Below, piece after piece: positions 40,001 through 49,249 of a stretch of 64,000 nucleotides of DNA. This DNA is from Gemmatimonadota bacterium (GTDB lineage Bacteria; Gemmatimonadota; Gemmatimonadetes; Gemmatimonadales; Gemmatimonadaceae). How positions within the stretch are numbered: the stretch's first letter is position 1; every line of letters starts with the position of its first letter. Position numbers and translations under genes: made by a program. Under the pieces are notes generated by a model. That model saw only the letters and a program-made list of their open reading frames with translations. It was not told the DNA's origin and ran no database searches. The stretch lies in the NCBI GenBank assembly GCA_040389905.1, contig JAZJZK010000004.1, positions 1 through 64,000 of the forward strand. Direction: 5' to 3'.

Positions 40001-40331
40001 GCGGATCCATACTGCGGTCCGTTTCTACCCATGACTCGTCGGATAGCACGGCAGCGAGTGTCGCGGTCCACGCGGGGAGCGGCGTGTCCGCTGGAAGACG
40101 CACCTTGCCGAAGAGTCGGCGCGCGTCGGCGGGTGTCAAACCATCCATCGCCAGACGGCGCTCGAACAGGGCTTGGTCTCCACCGGCAACGAAGCGACGC
40201 CACCGTTCGAATCGCGAGTCGACGTCGGCCGCACGCGCTGGCTCGTCTTCGAGAATGGTGCCAACGGCGAGCCGCTCCGTGAGAGAAGTAGCGCGCGCGA
40301 CTATCTCCCTCAGCTCCGCATCGGACAACAT
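37098..40331 (-). CDS. lanM: class II lanthipeptide synthetase
   Basis: 1077 aa; dehydratase motifs VVYKPR, TDLHDQN, IDLE, FRAT.EY; LanC-like cyclase motifs FSHGAAG, WCHGAPG, LCCGNMG. Confidence 0.93.
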   Translation of the reverse strand: MLSDAELREIVARATSLTERLAVGTILEDEPARAADVDSRFERWRRFVAGGDQALFERRLAMDGLTPADARRLFGKVRLPADTPLPAWTATLAAVLSDESWVETDRSMDPLRPVPMEEALLPFVRFARTRLAARTRASTMSDVALAAFEQDLLRSISSICANALVQEFFAFRAAQQSPLERGLAGKRTPPQHLYRRWLERMRTGGLTEFFRRFPVAARLTATVTDQWIDVTQETIDRLVADKNDIQALFADGVDIGGVVSANAGLSDAHSGGRTVAIVTFASGLRVVYKPRDLALESRWFRLLQWANDRGASPPLRPLKVLARPTHGWVEFAEQRACADVAEAERYYERAGMILALMHALGTTDLHDQNLVASGEQPMLIDLEMLVSHEERPLNGGAEQEPTAFVVADRMLADTVLSVGLLPRWVFGPDGSSQDISALGGGGDQKTLDRMATWQHPNTDDMRLVREHVDAQPQQNVVILDDRALSPVDYADSLVKGFRGLYQLLLRNRDALLDRGGPLEGLESERVRFLFRATREYFLNLNASYNRTLLRDGVDRSTAIDAPSRILVENPSLHAFWPVRKAEAEALERADIPLFVANAGSRSLPLGEHGEVPDCFGVSPAARARARIAALSLEDCERQVSFIRATLHLRVAREPRPSDTVASPAVAARPSGTLEPEMLVARAVAIARELVNNAVRAPHGGASWIAVQFFPQAGRYEMHPLGYGLYSGCAGVGLFFAALWRITASEEWRTWALEALQPLREELHRQPQRLRSAVGIGGADGIGSTIYVLTLVGEWLGEPLLLNAARTAATLIDETIVAADTQLDVIAGSAGAALGLLALYEASGDVNALARAQLCARHLVAKSVVPGQGLRAWNTIRDLPFAGFSHGAAGIAAALLRVHALGPDETLVTAAEQAVAYERTLFLTAHGNWPRLGESAPDGGPSIWTSWCHGAPGIALGRLVGLHALDTAAVREDLDIALSTTRAHGLEGVDQLCCGNMGRADILLEAAVDLGRADLAAEARELTSRVLEKADAGSYELLPGLPREALFPGFFQGSAGVGYALLRQAFPGRLPCVLAWRR

Positions 40332-40340
40332 CGCGTGGTC

Positions 40341-41816
40341 CTAGGGATTCGTGTAAGCGCGGACCGACTGGCCCGTGTCTGCTCGATAGCGCACCACGGC
40401 ATTCACGAGGTCGAACCACGCGCGCGCCTCCTCGAACTCTGCCTGTGACTCTTGCTCCTCGTACTGAAGAAGGCGGAAGATATCCGAAAGTCCCAGAGCG
40501 AGTCGCTCGCGCTCCCCCTCATACTGCTCCCGCGCGAGCCGCATTGCCTCGGTACTGCGGGTCAACCGCTGGCGTCCAATCGTGATGCCGCGATACGCGG
40601 ACCGAACTTCCACGCGGGTGGCATTCTCTGCCTGCAGGAGCGCCAACGAAGCGCCTTTCGCAATGGCATCCGCGCGCTCGGCTTCTGCCTTGGCCGCATG
40701 GTTCCCGATTGGGTACGTGACGAGAAGTCCCGCGCGCCAGTCGGTCAACCGTGCCTCATTCGCATCACGCGCCGAGAATCCGGCGGCGTCTCTCGTGAAC
40801 GCGAGCGTGGAAAACCCTGCGGCCAGCCCAACGGACGGCCGAAGGTTGTCGCGTGCGAGGTCCAGCAACACGCGGCTTTGATCCAACTCGCTTCGCGCCA
40901 CGGCGATATCCGGCCGCTCGGTCAGCGCGGCGCTCACCGTCGTACCAAGTGGAGGCAATTCGGGAATGACGACTGCCGTATCGACCGCGAGCAGAAACTC
41001 GTCGTCCTTGAGCAATTCTGCGGGCGCGTTCTCTCCATACACCGCAAAGACCAGCGCATCCTGTGCATCATGCCGTGCCTGCATGAGCCTCAACAGCGCC
41101 GCCTGGCGAGAGGTAACGCCAAGTCGAGCGGTCGTGAGGTCGATCTCCGTGATCCGGCCGATGCGACGCAGTTCGAGGTTCGCCACGAGCAGATCCTCAG
41201 CCCGTTTGAGCGAGCGTTCTTCTACGGCCTGCGCCCGTTCCTGCTCGACGAGTAGGTAATACGCCGCTTCGATACGCGCTACCGTCTCGTTCTGGATTTG
41301 CGCCAGGCGGGCGCGCGCGGCATCGACGCCGAATTCCGCGGCGCGCGTCGGAGCCGTGGTCGCTCGGCTGCGGAATCCGCGCAGCAGCGGCTGCACCACG
41401 CTGGCCGAGAAAGTGTTCTGGGCGAGCGGTTCTCCGGGGAGCGCAGACTGGAAGCCCGTGCCGACCTGATAGGTAGTGCCGGTGCGCAACGCACCCTGCA
41501 CCGCTCCCGTGTAAAGCCGACTCGCCAACTCGGAGCTTTGGCCGGCCAGCACGCGTCCATTGGAGGTGTAGGTCGGTCCAATCTGAATGGCCGGATCGAA
41601 CGCCGATTGCGCGGCAAGGACGGCACTCGATGACGCACGCGCGCTGACGCCCGCCTGACGAACATCGAGGTTTCGCTGCAGCGCGATGCGCACCATGTCT
41701 GCGAGACGAATGCGGAGCGTGTCGTCGTGCACCGATTCGTCATGCGCCGGTTGAGCCATCGCGCGACTGGCCAGGAGCGACGCGAGAAGAATCGCGGCAG
41801 CGTGTCGTCGCGTCAT
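40341..41816 (-). CDS. TolC family outer membrane efflux protein
   Basis: signal peptide, ALQRN.D, AFDP, QPLLRG, RPD, two helical efflux repeats. Confidence 0.88.
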   Translation of the reverse strand: MTRRHAAAILLASLLASRAMAQPAHDESVHDDTLRIRLADMVRIALQRNLDVRQAGVSARASSSAVLAAQSAFDPAIQIGPTYTSNGRVLAGQSSELASRLYTGAVQGALRTGTTYQVGTGFQSALPGEPLAQNTFSASVVQPLLRGFRSRATTAPTRAAEFGVDAARARLAQIQNETVARIEAAYYLLVEQERAQAVEERSLKRAEDLLVANLELRRIGRITEIDLTTARLGVTSRQAALLRLMQARHDAQDALVFAVYGENAPAELLKDDEFLLAVDTAVVIPELPPLGTTVSAALTERPDIAVARSELDQSRVLLDLARDNLRPSVGLAAGFSTLAFTRDAAGFSARDANEARLTDWRAGLLVTYPIGNHAAKAEAERADAIAKGASLALLQAENATRVEVRSAYRGITIGRQRLTRSTEAMRLAREQYEGERERLALGLSDIFRLLQYEEQESQAEFEEARAWFDLVNAVVRYRADTGQSVRAYTNP

Positions 41817-44722
41817 GTGGTCTGCCGAGCCGCCAGCTTGGCGAACAGACCATCGCGCGCCACGAGGTCTTCGTAACGACCCTCCTCCACAATGCGGCCT
41901 TCGTGCATGCTGAAGATGCGATCGGCGTTCCTGATGGTGGAGAGACGATGCGCGATCACCACGCGAGTCGCCTGAAGCCGCTCGAGACTCTTGCTCACGG
42001 TTTCCTGCGTCCGGTTGTCGAGGGCACTTGTTGCTTCGTCGAAGAAGATGATACGCGGCTTCTTCACGAGGGCTCGCGCGATCAGCAGCCGCTGACGCTG
42101 GCCACCCGACAACGCCGTCGCGCCCTCACTGAGCACCGTATGCATTCCCATTGGCATGAGCCGAATGTCATTCGCAAGTCCCGCCATCTCCGCCGCCTCC
42201 CACACGTCGTCCAGACTCAGCGGAGCCGCGCCCGCGATGTTGGTGAAGATGTCACCGGCGAGGATGCGACTCTGCTGTAACACAACGGCACATTGGCTGC
42301 GGACCGCTGAGACGTCCACGGAGGAAAGGTCCTGCCCGTCAAAGATGACGGCTCCACGCTCGGGACGTTCGAAGCCTAGGAGGAGCCGCAGGATGGTGGA
42401 CTTCCCTGCCCCTGATGCGCCAACGAATGCCACGAATTCGCCTGGCCGTATCTGGAATGAGACGTCCGAGAGGATGGGCGGCCCGTCGGCGAGATAGCGG
42501 AACGTGACGTGTGATACCTCGATCCGTCCGGTCAAGAGGCCCGGGTCGGGCTTGAGCTCGTCCACCTCGGGCGGCGTGACCAGGATCGGCCGTGCGCGCT
42601 CCAACATCGGAATGATGTTCAGCAGACTGACGGCTGTGGTACTCATCTGCGTGCCAGCGGTCAGGAACGCACCGAACGCCGCATAGAACGCCATGAAGTC
42701 TCCGGTCGAAAGCGTCTGGCCGGCCCCGGCGTCCGAGCCGGAGATGAACACGAGAAAGAGGACGATCGCCGCGACCGTCGGAAGCGTTTCGTTGAACACG
42801 GTGACGGCCGCCTGACTGAGCCCCATGCGGTAGGACACCGCCTTCTGGTCGCGGAAGATGGCGCCCCACACGGCAAAGGCACGACGCTCAGCGGCCGCGA
42901 CGCGAAGCTTCGCGATGCCGCCGAGGATCTGGAAAAGCAGCGCGCCCACTCGTCCCTGTATTTCCTGCCGTTGTCGCTCGAGCCGGAGGGTGTGCACACC
43001 TAACGCGCCAGTGACGAGGACAGAGACGACGAACACGCCAAGTGCGACGAGCGCCAACTTGCCGCTGTACTTGATCATCAGAAACAGGTTTGCCACTACG
43101 AGCATGCCGCCGAGCAACGCAGTGATGGCGGCGCCGCTGAGGAGTTCTCGCACGCCGTTGATGGCCCCCGCACGAAGCGACAGATCGCCGACGCTGAAGC
43201 GCCGGAAGAATGGGACCGGAAGCGCGAACAACCGATCCACGAGTGCGGCTTGGAGCGTCGCGTTGGAACGTCCTTCGAAGCGCACGAGCGCCATCGCGCG
43301 CGCGAGATCCACCAGGCCGCCGCCAATCGCCATACCAGCCAGTGCGCCAAACAACGCGAGCGCATTGCTGATCTGCGCACTCGGAATGACGGCGTCGAAA
43401 ATCTTCTGCGTGGAGATCGGAAGCGCGAGACTCAGGAGGCTCGATGCCACCGCAAACAGCAGAACGCGTCGAAGATCGATCCATGCCTCGATGCCCGCCA
43501 CGCGGGCAAGCACTTTGAGATCGATCGGTCCACTCGGCGCGGGGCGGTAGAACATGTATCCCACCGCCTCGAGCGTGCCGGCCACTTCCTTCGTCACGAT
43601 TTCACTCGTTCCGGTGGCTGGGTCGCGGAGCGTGTAGATCCCTTCGACCGAGGAGAGCAGCGCGACGGGAGCATTCCCTTCCGAACGGTAAGCGAGGAGG
43701 GGCCCGCAATCCGTGCTCCACCACTCGCCGCGCAGGACCACCCGCCGATGGCGGACGCGCGAAGCCCGACAGATCGCGCCGAGGCGGTCGCGCCAACGTC
43801 CGCTCTCCTCCCAGCTTGGCGGCGCCCGGAAAACGATGCGTGCGGAATCACCAACAAGCCGACACGCCGCGAGCAGCGGATCCGACGTTTCGAGCAACGG
43901 TGGAGCAGCGCCGCGGGAGGTGCCGAGGACACTCGCGAGGCCAGTCATGCTCAGCGCCTCGAGTTCTCGCTCCTGATCCGCCTTCCGTCGCAGCCGCTCG
44001 CGATCGGCCTGCATCGCGCTCGCGGTACCTTTCGCCGCCCAGGAGAGAAACGCGCCGCGGACGATCTTCAGCGCCGGCCGCACATTGCCGTGTGCCAAGG
44101 CGTTTTCGGTGCTCACCGCGGTGAGCGTGGCCTTGGCAGACGTGACGGAGTACCACATGCCGCGCGCCAACGGCAGCGCGGCGCTAGCCTCCAGAGGCAC
44201 ATCATTGGCGAAGGCAAGCTCGCCGTCGCTGGCAGAAATCCAGCACACTGCGCGCGGCGCTCCAACCGACGCAGCGCGTTGGAGGCTGAGCGGTTCCGCG
44301 TCGAGTTCGATATCCACCACTGGTCCGTGCGACGTGGCCGCCATCGCGCGGGCGAACGTTTCAGCGACTCGCTCGGCAAGCGGTGCCGACCAGCCGCTGT
44401 GATCGTCGAGCGCCGATTCCGGAACCGCACGGATCCGAGCCGCGCCGGCCGCAACAGCGATCAGCGTCGCGGTGCCGTCTGTGGTGCCTCCGCCGAGGAC
44501 CACCTCGTTCGCCCAGAGCGTCGTGAGAAAGTGGAGCGGCCCGAATTCGCCGTCCGGCCTCTTTTCCGCGAAAAAGATGTCGACTTCACCCTTGAGCACG
44601 ACCCAGAGTGTGTCCGGATCATCGAGTGGGAGTGGCGTGTTCCCGGGTAGCGTGCGCACTGCCCCCGGCAATGCCGCGTCGCTCAGTTGCGGCTGGATGA
44701 GGTCTGACCTCGCTTGGCGCAC
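41813..44722 (-). CDS. NHLP bacteriocin export ABC transporter permease/ATPase (no peptidase domain)
   Basis: N-terminal cNMP-binding-like segment, TM domain, GASGAGKS, LSGGQRQR, FDEATSALD; GTG start chosen at 44722. Confidence 0.88.
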   Translation of the reverse strand: MRQARSDLIQPQLSDAALPGAVRTLPGNTPLPLDDPDTLWVVLKGEVDIFFAEKRPDGEFGPLHFLTTLWANEVVLGGGTTDGTATLIAVAAGAARIRAVPESALDDHSGWSAPLAERVAETFARAMAATSHGPVVDIELDAEPLSLQRAASVGAPRAVCWISASDGELAFANDVPLEASAALPLARGMWYSVTSAKATLTAVSTENALAHGNVRPALKIVRGAFLSWAAKGTASAMQADRERLRRKADQERELEALSMTGLASVLGTSRGAAPPLLETSDPLLAACRLVGDSARIVFRAPPSWEESGRWRDRLGAICRASRVRHRRVVLRGEWWSTDCGPLLAYRSEGNAPVALLSSVEGIYTLRDPATGTSEIVTKEVAGTLEAVGYMFYRPAPSGPIDLKVLARVAGIEAWIDLRRVLLFAVASSLLSLALPISTQKIFDAVIPSAQISNALALFGALAGMAIGGGLVDLARAMALVRFEGRSNATLQAALVDRLFALPVPFFRRFSVGDLSLRAGAINGVRELLSGAAITALLGGMLVVANLFLMIKYSGKLALVALGVFVVSVLVTGALGVHTLRLERQRQEIQGRVGALLFQILGGIAKLRVAAAERRAFAVWGAIFRDQKAVSYRMGLSQAAVTVFNETLPTVAAIVLFLVFISGSDAGAGQTLSTGDFMAFYAAFGAFLTAGTQMSTTAVSLLNIIPMLERARPILVTPPEVDELKPDPGLLTGRIEVSHVTFRYLADGPPILSDVSFQIRPGEFVAFVGASGAGKSTILRLLLGFERPERGAVIFDGQDLSSVDVSAVRSQCAVVLQQSRILAGDIFTNIAGAAPLSLDDVWEAAEMAGLANDIRLMPMGMHTVLSEGATALSGGQRQRLLIARALVKKPRIIFFDEATSALDNRTQETVSKSLERLQATRVVIAHRLSTIRNADRIFSMHEGRIVEEGRYEDLVARDGLFAKLAARQTT

Positions 44723-44723
44723 G

Positions 44724-46922
44724 CTAGCTCTCCCGGGCGAGCGTGGCATACAGGCCGTCCGGATCACGCATCAGCGTGTCGTGCGTGCCTCGCTGTACCA
44801 CAGCACCTTCCTTGAGCACAACGATTTCGTCGGCATCGCGGATCGTCGACAGCCGGTGCGCGATGATGACGCATGTGCAGCCGCGCCGACGCAAGCTCCT
44901 GTCGATTTTGTGCTCGGTGACCGAGTCGAGCGCGCTCGTGGCTTCGTCCAGCACCAGCAGCCGAGGAGAAAGCACCAACGCGCGTGCAATTTCCAGCCGT
45001 TGCCGCTGGCCGCCGCTGAAGTTGGCTCCGGCTTCCTCGACCTGGCTCTCGTACGCGCCCGGCCGAGACATGATGTCGTCGTGAATCGACGCATCGCGGC
45101 AGGCCTGCATGAGCACCGCCTCGGGAACCGTCGAGTCCCAGAGGGTCAGGTTCTCGCGGATGGTCCCGGCAAACAGCGAAATCTCCTGGTCCACCAGCGC
45201 GACAGAATTCGCGAGCACGCGTCGCGGCCACGCCGTACGCGCCTTGCCGTCGAACAGCACGTCCCCTTCCCACGGGTCGTAGAGACCCGTAGCCAGTCGT
45301 GCCACTGTGCTCTTTCCGCAGCCCGACGGGCCAACGAGCGCAACACGACGCCCCGACCGCATGCGTAAATCAAAGTTCTTGAGCAGCGGCGCCGCCTGCC
45401 TCGAATAACCGAAGGTGACACTGCGGAGCTCGAATGCCCCTTCGAGCCGGTCTTCCGCGCCTTCCTGATCCTCTGCCGCGGTGAGCCCAATCCGGCTGTC
45501 CGCCGGGTATTCCAACACGTCCTGCACTCGTTCCATGTTGCCGTGCATTTCCTGGACGGAGCTCGCGAGCTGCACGAACGACGCGACGGGTTGAAGGAAG
45601 CTGGCCATCAAGCTCTGAAACGCGACGAGCATTCCAATGGTGAGATCACCCTCGATGACGCGATACGCGCCGAACGTGAGGACGATCGCATTGGTCATGG
45701 TGATCGTGAACGCCGGCACCACGAGGAAGGATTGCGTGACACGCGCCAACGACTGTTGCGCCATGAGATACTTCGCCTGATAGCCGGCCCATCGCGCGAA
45801 CACGTCACTTTCCGAAGCGCCGGCCTTGAGCGTCTCGATCGCGCTGAGTCCTGCCATCAGTGTTCCCGTGGACTTTCCTGCCTCCTGCAGCACGCGGCGA
45901 TTGCCGTCGACTCTGCGCCGGTTGACGACGACCGTCGATCCCGCCAGCACGGCGACCGCCAGCACGCCGAACAGGGTGAGCAGCGGATCGTACGCCAACA
46001 TCAAGGCGGCGTAAAACACGACGAGCAGGGCGTCGATCGCCGTCGAGGCCAGCTTGCGCGACACGAATTCCGAGATGGTGTCGTTGATCGCCACACGCGA
46101 GCTGATCTCGCCGCTGTAGCGTTGCGCATAGAACTCGACAGGAAGCCGGAGCAGATGCGAGAGGAAGCGACTCGAGGAGCTGATGGAAAGCTTCGTATCG
46201 AGCCGCAACAGGTAGTAGTGTTGCAGCCACCCGAGGGCCGCGCGCACGACGGCGGTCAGCCCCATGCCCAGCAGCAGCGGACGGAGCCAGTCGCGCAGGT
46301 TATGCACGAGCACCTGATCGACGAACACCTGCGTGAATGCAGGAAGCGCGAGTCCCGGTACGACCAGCGCGAGGCCGGCAAGCAGCGCAAACGTCAGGGC
46401 ATTCTCGGAACCGCGGACACGCTCGCGCAGGAGCGCGACGAGATTTGGCGGCGCGCCACCCGGCGTGAATTCGGATGTGCGCGCGAACTCGAGGACGACT
46501 CCAGTGAAGCCCTGATCGAACTCGTCCTTCGTGATGCTATAGGGGCCCTGCGCCGGGTCGTTGAGGTAGTAGCGATCGTCGAGGACGCCCTCGAGGACGA
46601 GAAAGTGATTGAAGTTCCAGAAGACGATGGCTGGAAATACGGTGCGGCCCATGTCCTTCAGCTCGCGCCGGAACCCCTTCGCCTCCAGTCCGTAACTTCG
46701 TGCAGCTCGCAAAAGAACCGCGGCGTTCGAGCCGTCGCGCGAAACACCGCAGGCAATGCGCAACTCCTCGAGTGGCACGCGACGTCCGTGAAACGCGAGC
46801 ACCATTGCGAGTGAGGCTGCACCGCACTCGACCGCCTCCATTTGGAGGATGGTCGGCGTTCTGACACGCGTACCTTCTGGGCGGCGGGGGAAAAACGCCC
46901 GCAGCCGCTGCAGCCTAGACAC
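44724..46922 (-). CDS. NHLP bacteriocin export ABC transporter with C39 peptidase domain (LanT-type)
   Basis: QMEAVECGAASL (catalytic Cys), WNFNHF (His), NDPA; GPSGCGKS, FSGGQRQR. Confidence 0.92.
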   Translation of the reverse strand: MSRLQRLRAFFPRRPEGTRVRTPTILQMEAVECGAASLAMVLAFHGRRVPLEELRIACGVSRDGSNAAVLLRAARSYGLEAKGFRRELKDMGRTVFPAIVFWNFNHFLVLEGVLDDRYYLNDPAQGPYSITKDEFDQGFTGVVLEFARTSEFTPGGAPPNLVALLRERVRGSENALTFALLAGLALVVPGLALPAFTQVFVDQVLVHNLRDWLRPLLLGMGLTAVVRAALGWLQHYYLLRLDTKLSISSSSRFLSHLLRLPVEFYAQRYSGEISSRVAINDTISEFVSRKLASTAIDALLVVFYAALMLAYDPLLTLFGVLAVAVLAGSTVVVNRRRVDGNRRVLQEAGKSTGTLMAGLSAIETLKAGASESDVFARWAGYQAKYLMAQQSLARVTQSFLVVPAFTITMTNAIVLTFGAYRVIEGDLTIGMLVAFQSLMASFLQPVASFVQLASSVQEMHGNMERVQDVLEYPADSRIGLTAAEDQEGAEDRLEGAFELRSVTFGYSRQAAPLLKNFDLRMRSGRRVALVGPSGCGKSTVARLATGLYDPWEGDVLFDGKARTAWPRRVLANSVALVDQEISLFAGTIRENLTLWDSTVPEAVLMQACRDASIHDDIMSRPGAYESQVEEAGANFSGGQRQRLEIARALVLSPRLLVLDEATSALDSVTEHKIDRSLRRRGCTCVIIAHRLSTIRDADEIVVLKEGAVVQRGTHDTLMRDPDGLYATLARES

Positions 46923-48171
46923 CAAGCCACCTGCGCAGCGCTGGGATGACCAGCGCAATCGGCGCTCGGCGTTGAATCACGATCTTTCCGTCCAGAAGCG
47001 TTCCACTGCCGAAGGTCATCGGTGGTCCGTCGCCGGTCGTCCACGCGAACCCACTTGGCGTCGCTGGATTTCGGTCTACCGTCACGTCCACGAGGTATGC
47101 GCCGCCGCGCGACGTGAACTGGTTGACCAACACGTCATTCTTCAGGTAGCGATGAAGCGCCGTGCCGCTGATCGGTGCCAACGAGACGGAATGGACGGTT
47201 CCCAGGAAGTAACCGCTTTCCTCTGGCTTGACGCCGCCAGGAACCATTTCGACGCGCATCCCCGGACGTATCCGCTTCCCTTCCAGCGGAATAAAGAGCG
47301 AGACCTGAATGGGTACCGTCGACGACTCCAGCGTGACGATCGGTGTGTGGCTGGAAATTGCCTGACCGGCATCGACGAGTTGCTCCACCACGACGCCGTC
47401 GTAGGCGCTGGTTACGTTGGCCGCCGCCGCGAACTGTTCCTTCTGCGCCGCCAACCGGTGCTCCGCCTCCCAGATCTGCTGGTCGAGCGTGAAGACCGTT
47501 TGACTGCTCTGGCTCGTCAGTTGAGAGACTCTGGCGGCGAGTTCCTGCTTCCGCGCCAACGCCCCCATGAGTTGTTGCTCGGATTCACCGCGCTGTGCGA
47601 TGGTGCCCTGCGCCGCATCGGGCGTCAACAGTCCGCGCTTGAGCGCTTGTGCCTCCAGCGCGATCCGATCATCCAGGTACTTCACCCGGTCGCGAGCGGC
47701 GACGATTGTCGCGTCCGCCTGCTTTTGCTGCTGGTCGATCGACGCGAGCTCGAGGCGCTTGCTGGACTGGACGAAGGGCACCGTCGCGGCGCGGTTTCGG
47801 CGCAGCTGTTCGAGGGTGACCTCTGTCTGCGCCACGGCGGTTTGCAACTCGGGCTGTGCGAGGATCGCGACCACCTCCCCTTTGTGCACTGGCGTGCCGG
47901 GCCGCGCGACCATCTGTTCGATCTGCCCGGCGCCATTGGATTGGACCCGGAACAATCCGCCTTCACGAATCATCAGGCCGGATCCGGCGATGGCCTCGGG
48001 GATTCGCCCGAACACTCCCCAACTCAGGGCCCCAACGACCACAGCACCAAGCGCTGCCAGTGCCATCCAGCCCTTGAGGGTAGTGACCTCCATGAGCGTG
48101 TCCAACCGCTCCGGGCTGGACAGTCGCTCGAGCGCCACAGCGCGAAAGAGGCGGCGCGGGTTGCCAGCCAT
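46915..48171 (-). CDS. NHLP bacteriocin system secretion protein (HlyD family)
   Basis: FRAVALERLSSPERLD N-terminus, one TM, coiled coil, beta-barrel C-terminus. Confidence 0.9.
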   Translation of the reverse strand: MAGNPRRLFRAVALERLSSPERLDTLMEVTTLKGWMALAALGAVVVGALSWGVFGRIPEAIAGSGLMIREGGLFRVQSNGAGQIEQMVARPGTPVHKGEVVAILAQPELQTAVAQTEVTLEQLRRNRAATVPFVQSSKRLELASIDQQQKQADATIVAARDRVKYLDDRIALEAQALKRGLLTPDAAQGTIAQRGESEQQLMGALARKQELAARVSQLTSQSSQTVFTLDQQIWEAEHRLAAQKEQFAAAANVTSAYDGVVVEQLVDAGQAISSHTPIVTLESSTVPIQVSLFIPLEGKRIRPGMRVEMVPGGVKPEESGYFLGTVHSVSLAPISGTALHRYLKNDVLVNQFTSRGGAYLVDVTVDRNPATPSGFAWTTGDGPPMTFGSGTLLDGKIVIQRRAPIALVIPALRRWLGV

Positions 48172-48273
48172 GATGGAGGTTTCCGGGCTCCGCAGGCGAG
48201 GCCTCGGAGCGTGCTAGAGACGAATGCTGTCGTTGGGAGAGATGGAAACCGACGACGTCGTGCGGATAGGAAA

Positions 48274-48347
48274 TACCCTCGGGCGGACTCGAACCGCCGG
48301 CCAACGGTTTAGGAAACCGCTGCTCTATCCACCTGAGCTACGAGGGC
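48274..48347 (-). tRNA. tRNA-Arg(CCT), CCA not encoded
   Basis: GCCCTCG acceptor stem, TAGCTCAGGTGGATAGAGC D-arm, GCGGT-TTCCTAA-ACCGT anticodon arm, GGTTCGAGTCC T-arm. Confidence 0.95.
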
Positions 48348-48420
48348 AACGACTTCCCTCAAACTAGCAAGAGCGTTCGCCGCGCGGAACACTCGTTTGT
48401 GATGCGAGAACCTCGAGTCA

Positions 48421-48975
48421 TCAGACCGAGTAGAGGGACGTGCACCGGCGTGCTCCCAGTCGGTTCATTCCCTCGAGAAAAGCGATGTCGAGAAGAAAGG
48501 AACACCCGACCACGGTGCCGCCGCCCCGTTCAACGAGCTGGCACGCCGCCGCGGCGGTACCTCCAGTGGCAAGCACGTCGTCGACCACGAGCACCCGCGC
48601 CGGCGCGGCGCACGCGTCATCATGCATCGCGAGGCGGTCGGTTCCATACTCGAGGGCGTATTCCACTTCCGTCACGCGCCACGGCAGCTTCCCCGGTTTC
48701 CTGATCGGCACGAAGCCTACACCAAGCTCGATCGCCACCGGCGCGCCAAGGATGAAGCCGCGGCTCTCGATACCCGCGACATGCGTGACGCCCGATGCAC
48801 GCCACGGCGCCGCCATGGCGCGCGCGACGTCGCTCAACAGTTCACCGTTACCGAGCACCGGCGTGATGTCCTTGAACAGGATGCCCGGTTTGGGAAAGTC
48901 AGGTACATCGCGCAAAGTGGCGCGGAGTCGCTCAACGAGCGCCGCATCTCCGGATGACTCCAGCTCTGTTTTCAT
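48421..48975 (-). CDS. apt: adenine phosphoribosyltransferase
   Basis: PDFPKPGILFKDIT, ESRGF, RKPGKLP, YALEYG, VDDVLATGGT. Confidence 0.95.
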   Translation of the reverse strand: MKTELESSGDAALVERLRATLRDVPDFPKPGILFKDITPVLGNGELLSDVARAMAAPWRASGVTHVAGIESRGFILGAPVAIELGVGFVPIRKPGKLPWRVTEVEYALEYGTDRLAMHDDACAAPARVLVVDDVLATGGTAAAACQLVERGGGTVVGCSFLLDIAFLEGMNRLGARRCTSLYSV

Positions 48976-49247
48976 CGGCGTATGGCGAAAGGGTACGGCA
49001 GCGAGCCGTCGAGCTCGCCTTCGATGTTCTCGACAATCGTCACGCTCGCACCGGTAGGACCGACGCCAAGCGCGATACGCAACCGCTCCAGTGATGCCGC
49101 CTCGCCTCCCGCGGCAAGCTCCACCTCGCCCGTGGCGAGATTGGTCACCCAGCCGCTCAGCCCGAGGCGACGCGCCTCCTCGCGCGCGAACCACCGGAAA
49201 CCAACGCCCTGCACCTTCCCACCAATCCGGAGGTGTATGCGGTGCAT
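48972..49247 (-). CDS. acyP: acylphosphatase
   Basis: GKVQGVGFR, GWVTN..G.VE. Confidence 0.9.
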   Translation of the reverse strand: MHRIHLRIGGKVQGVGFRWFAREEARRLGLSGWVTNLATGEVELAAGGEAASLERLRIALGVGPTGASVTIVENIEGELDGSLPYPFAIRR

Positions 49248-49249
49248 CC

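Noticed and set aside
43250..48312. long + strand ORFs (43250..44650, 45543..46814, 46849..48312)
   Set aside because: Antisense shadows of the ABC and HlyD genes; no recognisable domains.
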